64,000 nt of DNA, from positions 2,046,001-2,110,000 of the forward strand of contig OY740808.1 in assembly GCA_963514005.1 (NCBI GenBank). The letters run 5' to 3'. Both the position numbers and the translations under genes were made by a program. This document shows positions 12,116 through 22,195 of this stretch, one piece after another. The notes below the pieces were generated by a model. That model saw only the letters and a program-made list of their open reading frames with translations, had not been told where the DNA came from and searched no databases. Positions within the stretch are counted from its first letter, which is position 1, and each line of letters starts with the position of its first letter. The DNA is from Raja brachyura. Its lineage: Eukaryota.

Positions 12116-13384
12116 CTTATATTAAAAAAACCTAGATCTCTAACATTCACAATGTGCAAGACGCATATCCCATTGAACGAATGGCCCACAACATCACTGC
12201 ATAAATGGCAGGAACCGATCTTTAGTGTCTGGAAAAAGGGAAGTAAAATTGAGAACAGAAGCAAGAGCAGATAAAAAAGAAAGTGATTCAATTTTGAATT
12301 TATAATGCCTTTTAATTTTACCTAGCAGAAACATATATAGAAACGTTTAATTGTAAAGTTTGATTTTTGTTTGAGTTTAAAATGAAAATGGTGGCAAATT
12401 TGCTCATTACCAGAGAGCTGTGCAATGTAAGAAATCGAGAAAGCGGTTTATCATGTTTTATGAGTTTATTCTATATTTATTCTTCAGCCTACCCAGTGAT
12501 ATTTTTTTCCTAGTTAACTCCAAGCACATTCATAGGCTGAATGTTCATGTTATAGCTCTGCAAATCACACTGGTATGGCCTAGAATGTGGGTTTGTATGA
12601 ATATTTTTTTCAAATTAGCATTGAATTGTAGTTGTTCCTTGGCAGCAGACTTAATTTGTGGTTGACTATTCTTGACAGATTATTGGGAAACTAGCCCAGC
12701 GCTCATCTCAAATAATAAACAGCTTACCTGCTGACACATTGACAGACTTAATAATTTTATACAAAAATGGACAGACTTAATGCTTCCACACAAGTGATCA
12801 TCTGTCCTGATATCCTTAATGAAATTAGATTAAGTGCACCTGGGAAAATGCTGAGAAGGCACAATACCTACTGCCTCCTTTAATTTAAAACCAATTTGCA
12901 GAAATATTCTCTGAAGCGGGATGCTGAATGAGAGCAAATCCATTTGGACTTGTGCTGATAATTTTAATTCTGTCCGTCCGCAGCATAAAAATAACAACAG
13001 AGAGCTCTGATTGAAAATTTAATATGTCGACATCACTTTTAATGATACTGTGTCTAAGGTCACATTTTGCTTGAATCATTGGAAGAAGTGCCAGTTTCCT
13101 ACAGTTTGCTGGTGTGTTTCATTGCCAAAATAATATAATTTATCCTATTAGCGAGTGACTCAAGTTGCGAGCATTTGTAATACTGAAATGACATGAATGT
13201 GTTGCAGGACTAATAAAGTTGTAAGTAATGAAGTTCCATTACATGTTATAATTGCAGTAGAATTGACCAGTTGACAGCATTTTTCATATAAAGAGATGAG
13301 CAAATGTGCGTACAATGTAGGAGTCTGAACGACGTTATGATTATGAAGTCTTTGGGCATAAATTTTGCTTTTGAAGCCCTTCTT

Positions 13385-14228
13385 TGGGGGTTAACCACCA
13401 GGGGCAGCCTCTGCCTACAGTCTGTCTGTACAGTGTTCATCTTTTTATTATTTTTGGTCTGTTTAAAAAGTATGTTTTGGAGGTTTCTTAGTATTTTTAT
13501 GTGGGGGAGGTGGGGAGGGTAAGGGGGAAACTGTTTCTCAGTCACTTCCTGGTGAGGATGCATCTATTCTCCGAGTTGCGTCTTCACCCCCTCCCTCACG
13601 GCCTACCATCTGGATTGGCGCGGTCTTTCCTGCCGGAGACCGAGCAGAGCTTCAGCGGCAGCACAGCATTGATTTACCATTGCGGAGCAGGCGATGCCTT
13701 ACCGGGGATCGCTTGTTGAAGCTCCGGAGTGTTGGGCCTGCTGCTTTATCATTGTGGAGCTGTGGTTGCGGAGCTTCCAGTCACGGGCGCCGCTGACTTC
13801 AACATCGCGGAGTCCTGGTGATCCCTTTGCCAAGGGCCACCAGTGTTGAATCTCCACCCAGCTCGGCCTGTGGACTTCGGGAGCCACGATCTCCGGTAAG
13901 AAGTGGCCGATTCGGAACTCCAAGCCGCTAAGAATGTTCTTCCATTCCGACGTTGGAGTTCCGATCATCCCGGTGAGAAGGACTGAACATCGGGCTGCTG
14001 TAGCGGCGACTGCGGAGGGCTCGGGAGGCCCCGACCACGGGTGGCCAAAGAGGAAGATGACTGAACTTTATTGCCTTCCCTCACAGCTGATTCTGCTGTG
14101 TGGGGATGTTTATGTTAAATTCTATCGTTCTGTGTTGTGTTTTTTTTATTCGTATGGCTGTACGGTAACCCAAATATTCATGTACCAAATGGTACAGTGA
14201 CAGTAAATGTAAACTTGAACTTGAACTA
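13385..14228 (+). mobile_element. Unclassified GC/CpG-rich non-autonomous retroelement with Rex1/Babar-like 3' tail
   Basis: Sharp GC/CpG-rich block with recurring (A)TYGYGGAG(C) motifs, ending in GTGACAGTAAA..(CTTGAA)n. No long ORF. Confidence 0.6.
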
Positions 14229-14859
14229 CTGTGGTGTATGCGCACATGGATATTTCTGAAAGGGGTTGTGTAGTATTGATGTAGGTTGTTACTGGCACAC
14301 AAAATCATGTTGTCAGTAATTGGATAATACTGTTGTTTGGAGCTGAAAGCTCAAAGTCATGATTTTGAGTCTTCGCAGAGGAACCTGATTTAGCAGCAGG
14401 AAGAACTCCCAGCAGTGCTTTCTACTTAGCTACTGATTTTTTTTTAATGCCAGAAATTTGTGCATTTGCCAAAATATTTGGTGCTTCCATGAACTCTTTG
14501 AAATTGCTTTAGTCTACTGAGAACACTGTAGCAGCTTCTGAGGGTCTTTATTTCTGCACGGCCTCAGCACAAGCCACTAGTTTCCAGATGTGAGCATATT
14601 ATTAGGTGATCTTGTTGGTAATTTGTTGGTTAAATGAGAAAAGACACTCAAAGGAGAACAAACTTCATTAAGTGGAAGATGGAAACGTAGAACAGAAGAG
14701 CTTTTGGCAGGACACCACATTAGGTCATGGCGTTCAGTGAGTAGTTGCCTTACCTGAACGAAGTTTGGAGCTGCAAGGACATTTGCATTGAATCTCTCCT
14801 GAAGAGTCAACACCTAGCAACACACGTATCTATGACGGTGATTTTGACCACATATTTTC

Positions 14860-15140
14860 ATGTCCTGTTTTTCTGGGAGTTCTGCAGATAAACCCTATCC
14901 CTAAGAATCCTCCCCAATAATGACACAACCGCCGATGTGAAGCTCACCGGCCCAGAACTTCCTGTATTATTTCTATTTCCCTTCTTAAACAAAGGAACAG
15001 CATTGTCTAATCTCCAAGACCTCGCCTGAGGTTGAGAGATTACAATACTCTTCGTCAAAGCTTCTCTCAATAACCTAGGCTAGATCCCATCAGGTCCTGG
15101 GGACAACACTTTAATACTCTTCAGTGACCTGACAATGCCT
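14860..15140 (-). mobile_element. CR1 LINE internal RT fragment
   Basis: ORF 14858-15070 reads WRLDNAVPLFKKGNRNNTGSSGPVSFTSAVVSLL, a decayed form of WRVANVTPLFKKG..NYRPVSLTSVVGKLL. Confidence 0.85.
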
Positions 15141-16179
15141 CTTCGTGAAAGGTTTGTTTGCTTTCATATTTCATAACAAAAACAGGAATCTGAATCCTCT
15201 TCCTTTATCTTTCGAAAGAGCATAGGTTTGCTGGCTATCTTGTATATCACATCACCCAGAATTAAGAGATATTTAATTTATCTGGTGAACTATTTAGGCC
15301 GGTAATGTAAATAAATCCACTTTTAAGCTCACTTCATGGCACAGCATATTCAAACAAATGCTGGTATTAACTTCATGTAATTATGATTTGAATTACTTCC
15401 TCTATTTCCCGTTACAGCTGCTGAATCTACTTACTACACTGGAACATCCTTCCTTCAGCATATAATGCATCATCCTTTTTGTTGAATTCTTCCAGTGTTG
15501 GAAGCACTCAAATACATTTGTAAAATACAAAAATATATTTCGCATTTTAAACTTGGATTTGAGCACTAATACTCAAATTTGCCAACATTAAATATTGCCA
15601 AATTATTTTTGTTGCTCAACAGTATCCAGATTTATGATAAATCACAAATTTGTGCCCTTGGTGAAGCCTCTTACTGAAACATTTGCGTATTTGTAGATGC
15701 TTAAAATCATCCTATGTATGAAAATCAATGTTTTCATCCCTTGAACATTTTTGATTAAGATTGATGGGAAATGTTAATTATAGTAATAACCCGTTTACTG
15801 AAATGTTGTTGCTTCATCGAGATTATCAAGGATAATCCTTTCGTCTTTCCAAGAGTTGTAAGTTAAATTTAAAGTTAAAATTAAATTTAAATTTAAAGTT
15901 AAAATTAAATTTAAAGTCTAAATTAACTTCCCAATTTCGCCGAGTTTCCATAGTGTAAATTAAAGATATATTTTCCGACATCCATTCTATTCTATTGGAT
16001 TATGTGCAGGCAGAGTTCATCTTGGTATTATGTTCAGCACAGACATTGTGGGCCGAAGGGCCTGTTGATAGAGCTTTGGCACTGAGCAGTACGTTTTTTT
16101 TTTCCGTTTTTTTTTGCAAGTATATTTCGGACTATTAATTCAAACATAACATTTGCATTACATGCAAAGGAACTTTTGA

Positions 16180-16300
16180 TATCAAGCTTTTGATATCACG
16201 GGTCAAACAGCATCTGTGTAAAAAATGGGCAGACGGTGTTTCGAGTCTGGACACTTCTTCAGATTGACATTTTTGATGGTCCCGACCTGAAAGGTGAAGC
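16180..16300. mobile_element. Degenerate PLE-end remnant with two opposed hammerhead-like cores
   Basis: GTTTCGAGTCTGGACACTTCTTCAGA (minus) followed by TGATGGTCCCGACCTGAAA (plus). Confidence 0.45.
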
Positions 16301-17569
16301 TTCCCATTAATTAAAGGTGTTAGTTGGCAAGTAGCTTCCTCTGCAGAATCTCTGGAAATATTGAGATCTCTAAATATAACTTGAGTAAACAATATTTAAG
16401 AATCCTATCCTCAGTAGGAATATAGGAATAATTGTACCACACTAATGTCATGGAAGGATGTGGGAAACATGAATAACTAGATGAATGTCATGAGCTTTTT
16501 CTTATTTCCTCTCTACTCTCCTCATGTGAATACTGCATTTAAATCTGGTTTGTTGAATATAAAAATCAGAAAACACTGCAGATGTTGAAAAACTGAAACT
16601 AAAACAAAAAATGGTGAAAACACTCAGCAGGTCAGACCACATCAGTAAAGAGTGAAACAGAGCTTATGTTTCAGAATGAAAATCATTACTATGGGGTTGG
16701 AAGTGTTTGTATCATTGTTGGAATATTGTTGGGCTGTGCCATGCAGTCCTTCAAATGCAATGGTTCCTTGTAGCTGACATGGAATTATAAACTAATAGAA
16801 AATTTGTAATTCTGAAGTGTTGAACATGTGCATTTGAGAACATATTTAACATATTTGTTCATGTCAATCTATTACAACTTTTTTAAACCTAAACAGTTTT
16901 GCATACAGCACTTTTTATTCTTTTATCTTCCTGACCATATTTAATTGTACTTAACATTTTAAGTGATAACGCACATAATCAAGAAGGTCTCTTCAATGAT
17001 TTTCTAATCATTTTTAATCATAGTTATTAATCCAATTGCTCGCCTGAAGTTTTCCACTCAAAGGCGGCACTGCATGAAATTTGACATGTTTTGGCGCTGC
17101 CCTAATTAGTGAAGCAACAATCATGTGAAGAGGAGAAGTTGACAAATAAAATGAAATGCTGGACGTCTGTTGCTTTCCATCCCTTACAAATGTTCTGACA
17201 AACTAGTTAATCTTCATCCAACATCAAAAACAAAACTGAAAATGTAAAAGAAAATATGAGCTCCATTTTTCAGGTCTATATCTATAATACACTGAAGACA
17301 AATTTAATCTACGGTCATGAACATTAACTGTGCAGAAACATTGGCTGAAGGTTTTATTCAGTTCTGTACATCATTTCTATCCAACAAGTTTAATGAATCT
17401 GAAAAGTCTACAAAGAGTGCAGCTGGCAGATGCTACTCTTGCATTTATCTCAAATCCTCCAGTCTGAGTAACAACCACACCATAACTCTGATATCTATCA
17501 CTACCACCTCTTACTATGTTGCCACTGTCATTTTTATTCCATGAATTCATCCACAGTCATGTTATGTTC

Positions 17570-18015
17570 ATGTCATAGGAGCAGAATTAGGCCATTCGGC
17601 CTGTCGGGTCTACTCCATCATTCAATCATGGCTGAGCTACCGTTCCTTTTGAACCCCATTCTCCTGCTTTCTCCCCATAACTTTTAACATCCTTGCTAAT
17701 CCAGAAACTGTCCATCTCCACTTTAAAAATACCCATCGACCTGGCCTCCATAGTTGTCTGTGGCAATGAATTTCACAAATTTGACATCCTCAGACAACAT
17801 TAAATCTTCTTCATCTCCTTTCTCAAGGTACATCCTTTTATTCTTGAGCATGACCGTCTGGTCCTAGATTCTCCCACTAGGAAACATCCTCTCCATATCC
17901 ACATTATCCAGGCCTTTCATTATTCAGTGAGTTTCAAGTGCACCCTCCCTCATCCTTCTAAACTCCAGCGAGTACAGGTTCAGTGCTGTCAAATGCTCAA
18001 TATACATTAACCACC
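17570..18015 (-). mobile_element. CR1 LINE 3' fragment (different subfamily from the neighbouring young copy)
   Basis: CATAGGAGCAGAATTAGGCCATTCGGCC 3' end followed by decayed RT C-terminal sequence. Confidence 0.8.
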
Positions 18016-18083
18016 TTGACTGGATAGCAATTTTTAGGTAGTGTTTTGAGTCACAGAGCTATACAGCACGGAAAATTGTGCTT

Positions 18084-20932
18084 CATAGAAACATAGAAAC
18101 ATAGAAAATAGGTGCAGGAGTAGGCCATTCGGCCCTTCGAGCCTGCACCGCCATTCAATGTGATCATGGCTGATCATCCAACTCAGTATCCCGTACCTGC
18201 CTTCTCTCCATACCCCCTGATCCCTTTAGCCACAAGTGCCACATCTAACGCCCTCTTAAATATAGCCAATGAACTGGCCTCAACTACCTTCTGTGGCAGA
18301 GAATTCCAGAGACTCACCACTCTCTGTGTAAAGAATGTTTTCCTCATTTCGGTCCTAAAGGAATTCCCCCTTATCCTTAGACTGTGACCCCTTGTTCTGG
18401 ACTCCCCCAACATCGGGAACAATCTTCCAGCATCTAGCTTGTCCAACCCCTTAAGAATTTTGTAGGTTTCTATAAGATCCCCCCTCAATCTTCTAAATTC
18501 CATCGAGTACAAACCGAGTCTATCCAATCTTTCCTCATATGAAAGTCCTGACATCCCAGGAATCAGTCTGGTGAATCTTCTCTGTACCCCCTCTATGGCA
18601 AGGATGTCTTTCCTCAGATTTGGAGACCAAAACTGTACGCAGTACTCCAGGTGTGGCCTCACCAAAACCCTGTACAACTGCAGTAGAACCTCCCTGCTCC
18701 TATACTCAAATCCTTTCGCTATGAATGCTAACATACCATTTGCTTTCTTCACTGCCTGCTGCACCTGCATGCCTACTTTCAATGACTGGTGTACCATGAC
18801 ACCCAGGTCTCGTTGCATCTCCCCGTTACCTAATCTGCCACCATTCAGATAATAGTCTACCCTCATGTTTTTGCCACCAAAGTGGATAACCTCACATTTA
18901 TCCACATTGTACTGCATCTGCCATGCATCTGCCCATTCACTCAGCCTATCCAAATCACCCTGCAGCCTCCAAGCATCCTCCTCACACCTAACTATACCCC
19001 CCAGCTTGGTATCATCTGCAAATTTGGAGATGTTGCATTGAATTCCCTCGTCCAAATCATTAATATATATTGTAAATAGCTGGGGTCCCAGCACTGAGCC
19101 TTGCGGCACCCCACTAGTCACTGCCTGCCATTCTGAAAAGGACCCGTTTACTCCTACCCTTTGCCTCCTGTCTGCTAGCCAGTTCTCTATCCACATCAAT
19201 ACTGAACCCCCAATACCGTGTGCTTTAAGTTTGTATGCTAATCTCTTATGCGGGACCTTGTCGAAAGCCTTCTGAAAGTCTAGATATAACACATCCACTG
19301 GTTCTCCCTTATCCACTCTACTAGTTACCTCCTCGAAAAATTCTATCAGATTTGTCAGACATGATTTACCTTTCGTAAATCCATGCTGACTTTGTCCAAT
19401 GATTTCACCACTTTCCAAATGCGCTGCTATCCCATCTTTAATAACTGACTCTAGCAGTTTCCCCACTACCGATGTTAGACTAACTGGTCTGTAATTCCCC
19501 GCTTTCTCTCTCCCTCCTTTTTTAAAAAGTGGGGTTACATTAGCTACCCTCCAATCCTCAGGAACTACTCCAGAATCTAAGGAATTTTGAAAAATTATCA
19601 CTAATGCATCCACTATTTCTGTGGCTACCTCCTTGAGTACTCTGGGATGCAGACTATCTGGCCCTGGGGATTTATCGGCCTTCAATCCGTTCAATTTACC
19701 CAACACCACCTCCCGGCTAACCTGGATTTCACTCAGTTCCTCCATCTTATTTGACCCCCGTTCCACTGCTATTTCTGGCAGATTATTTATGTCTTCCTTA
19801 GTGAAGACAGAACCAAAGTAGTTATTCAATTGGTCTGCCATGTCCTTGTTCCCCATGATCAATTCACCTGTTTCTGACTGCAAGGGACCAACATTTGTTT
19901 TAACTAGTCTCTTTCTCTTTACATATCTATAAAAACTTTTGCAGTCAGTTTTTATGTTCCCTGCCAGTTTCCTTTCATAATCTATTTTCCCTTTCCTAAT
20001 TAAGCCCTTTGTCCTCCTCTGCTGGATTCTGAATTTCTCCCAGTCCTCCGGTAGGCTGCTTTTTCTGGCAAATTTGTATGCCTCATCTTTTGTTTTTATA
20101 CTATCCCTGATTTCCCTTGTTATCCATGGATGCACCACCTTCCCCGATTTATTCTTTTGCCAAACTGGTATGAACAACTTTTGTACTTCATCCATGCAGT
20201 CTTTAAATACCTTCCATTGCACATCCACTGTCAACCCTTTAAGAATCACCTGCCAGTCTATCTTGGCCAATTCACATCTCATACCTTCAAAGTTACCTTT
20301 GTTCAAGTTCAGAACCCTTGTTTCTGACTTAATTTTGTCACTCACCATCCTAATGAAGAACTCAACCATATTATGGTCACTCTTGCCCAAGGGGCCACGC
20401 ACAACAAGACTGCTAACTAACCCTTCCTCATTACTCAATACCCAGTCTAGAATAGCCTGCTCTCTCGTTGGTTCCTCCACATGTTGGTTGAGAAAACTAT
20501 CCCGCATACATTCCAGGAAATCCTCTTCCTCAGCACCCCTGCCAATTTGATTCACCCAATCTACATGCAGATTGAAGTCACCCATTATAACCGTGTTACC
20601 CTTGTTGCACGCATTTCTAATTTCCTGTTTGATGCCATCCCCAACTCCAATACTACTGTTAGGTGGCCTGTACACAGTTCCCACTAGCGTTTTCTGCCCC
20701 TTAGAGTTTCGCAGCTCTACCCATATCGATTCCACATCCTCCACGCTAATGTCCTTCCTTTCTATTGCATTAATCTCCTCTCTCACCAGCAACGCTACCC
20801 CACCTCCTTTTCCTTTTCGTCTATCCCTCCTGAATATTGAATATCCCTGGATGTTCAGCTCCCAGCCTTGGTCATCCTGGAGCCAAGTCTCCGTGATTCC
20901 AACTATAGCAACTATAGCAACTATAACTATAG
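18084..20932 (-). mobile_element. Young, 5'-truncated CR1-clade LINE with uninterrupted ORF2
   Basis: (TTTCTATG)n 3' microsatellite at 18084-18107, conserved 3' hairpin region GGCCGAATGGCC, and an open APE+RT frame. No ORF1 or 5' UTR. Confidence 0.95.
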
Positions 20933-21074
20933 CATTCAACCTGTACATGCTGACCAAATTGTCTAAGTGTTTGTCCCACTTGCCTGTGACTGGCCCATAT
21001 CGCTCCAAATCTTGATTATCCACACACTGGTCCAAGAGTCTTTTAAATGTCGTAATTATACCCGCCTCTGCCAC
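18183..21074 (-). CDS. CR1 ORF2: AP endonuclease + reverse transcriptase (963 aa; first ~55 aa chimeric)
   Basis: APE motifs ITETW, GGGVALL, YRPP, MGDFN and SDH. RT motifs SPGPD, NYRPVSLTS, QHGF, LDFQKAFD, GVPQGSVLGP and FADD. CR1 C-terminal TRGH. The N-terminal APE NARS-type motif is absent. Confidence 0.9.
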   Translation of the reverse strand: MAEAGIITTFKRLLDQCVDNQDLERYGPVTGKWDKHLDNLVSMYRLNAIVIVAIVAIVGITETWLQDDQGWELNIQGYSIFRRDRRKGKGGGVALLVREEINAIERKDISVEDVESIWVELRNSKGQKTLVGTVYRPPNSSIGVGDGIKQEIRNACNKGNTVIMGDFNLHVDWVNQIGRGAEEEDFLECMRDSFLNQHVEEPTREQAILDWVLSNEEGLVSSLVVRGPLGKSDHNMVEFFIRMVSDKIKSETRVLNLNKGNFEGMRCELAKIDWQVILKGLTVDVQWKVFKDCMDEVQKLFIPVWQKNKSGKVVHPWITREIRDSIKTKDEAYKFARKSSLPEDWEKFRIQQRRTKGLIRKGKIDYERKLAGNIKTDCKSFYRYVKRKRLVKTNVGPLQSETGELIMGNKDMADQLNNYFGSVFTKEDINNLPEIAVERGSNKMEELSEIQVSREVVLGKLNGLKADKSPGPDSLHPRVLKEVATEIVDALVIIFQNSLDSGVVPEDWRVANVTPLFKKGGREKAGNYRPVSLTSVVGKLLESVIKDGIAAHLESGEIIGQSQHGFTKGKSCLTNLIEFFEEVTSRVDKGEPVDVLYLDFQKAFDKVPHKRLAYKLKAHGIGGSVLMWIENWLADRRQRVGVNGSFSEWQAVTSGVPQGSVLGPQLFTIYINDLDEGIQCNISKFADDTKLGGIVRCEEDAWRLQGDLDRLSEWADAWQMQYNVDKCEVIHFGGKNMRVDYYLNGGRLGNGEMQRDLGVMVHQSLKVGMQVQQAVKKANGMLAFIAKGFEYRSREVLLQLYRVLVRPHLEYCVQFWSPNLRKDILAIEGVQRRFTRLIPGMSGLSYEERLDRLGLYSMEFRRLRGDLIETYKILKGLDKLDAGRLFPMLGESRTRGHSLRIRGNSFRTEMRKTFFTQRVVSLWNSLPQKVVEASSLAIFKRALDVALVAKGIRGYGEKAGTGY

Positions 21075-21914
21075 TTACTCTGGCAGTTCATTCCATGTAT
21101 GCCCCCCCGTATGGAAGAAGTTGCCCCTCTAGTCCTTTTTAAATATTTCACCTCTCACCTTAAACCTTAGATTCCCCGATCCTGGGGAGAAGACTGTGGC
21201 TGTTCATCTTACCTATGCCTCTCTTCATTTGTTTATACCTCTATAAGGTCACTCCTCAGCTTCCTTTGCTCTAGTGGGATAAAAAGACCCAGTCTATGCA
21301 GCCTCTCTTTACAACTCAAACCTCCAGACCCGGTAACATTCTTGTCAATCTTTTTGTACCCTTTCCAGTTTAATGATATTCTTCCCATAACAGGGCGATC
21401 AGTACTGCACACAGTACTCCAAATGTGGCTTTACCAATGCCTTGTACAGCCATAATGTGTAATCTCAATTCATGTACTCAATACCCTGACCAATATATAA
21501 GCAAGCGTGTCAAATACTGCCTTCAACACACTGTCCACTTGTGTCTACCTTCTTAGAACTATGTACCTAGGTGTTTTGTGCTACGAGGTGGCTTGCTTTA
21601 CGACACTCTCCATGGACCTACCACTTACTGTGTAAGTCCTGCCCTGGTTTAACCTACATGATGCAACACCTCACATTTATCTGAATTAAACTCCAGCTCC
21701 CATTCGTCTACCTATTGGCCCTGTTGGTCAGGATCCCATTGTAATCGTAGGTGACCACTTTCATTATACTATACTACAATACCAGCAATTTATGTATTAT
21801 ACTAACAATGTTCCTTACATTCGCATCCAAATCATTAATAAAAGTAACGATCGGTAGACCCTAACGAACACCGATCCCTGTGATGCACCACTTGTAATAG
21901 GCCAGTCTGAAAGT

Positions 21915-22195
21915 CCTCCATTGCCAGAGTGAGACCCAGCACCTCACATTTCGCTTCGGTAGTTTACATCCCAGCGGTATGAACATTGACTTCTCTAACT
22001 TTAGATAGCCCTTGCTTTCTCCTTCCTTCCCCTCCCCTTCCCAGCTCTCCCACAAAGCCTACTGTCTCCACCTCTTCCTTTCTTCCCCCACCGACATCAG
22101 TCTGAAGAAGGGTCTCGACCCGAAACGTCGCCCATTCATTCTCTCAATAGATGCTGCCTCACCCGCTGAGTTTCTCCAGCATTTTTTGTCTACCC
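21915..22195 (+). mobile_element. PLE 3' end (GIY-YIG C-terminal peptide + terminal repeat)
   Basis: Encodes QHLTFRFGSLHPSGMNIDFSNF, followed by a pyrimidine tract, hammerhead core and the shared PLE terminus. Confidence 0.85.
22098..22133 (+). ncRNA. Minimal type I hammerhead ribozyme motif
   Basis: CUGAAGA (22102-22108), extra A, stem II GGGU-CUCG-ACCC, then GAAAC-GUC (palindromic ACGU stem III, GUC cleavage triplet). Stem I is weak. Confidence 0.7.

Noticed and set aside
15861-15920. AT-rich quasi-palindromic repeat (AGTTAAATTTAA...)
   Set aside because: Low-complexity tandem expansion with no evidence of function.
18160-21170. Multiple + strand ORFs (65-158 aa) overlapping the CR1
   Set aside because: Antisense shadows of the CR1 ORF2. 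Similar peptides recur opposite other CR1 copies.
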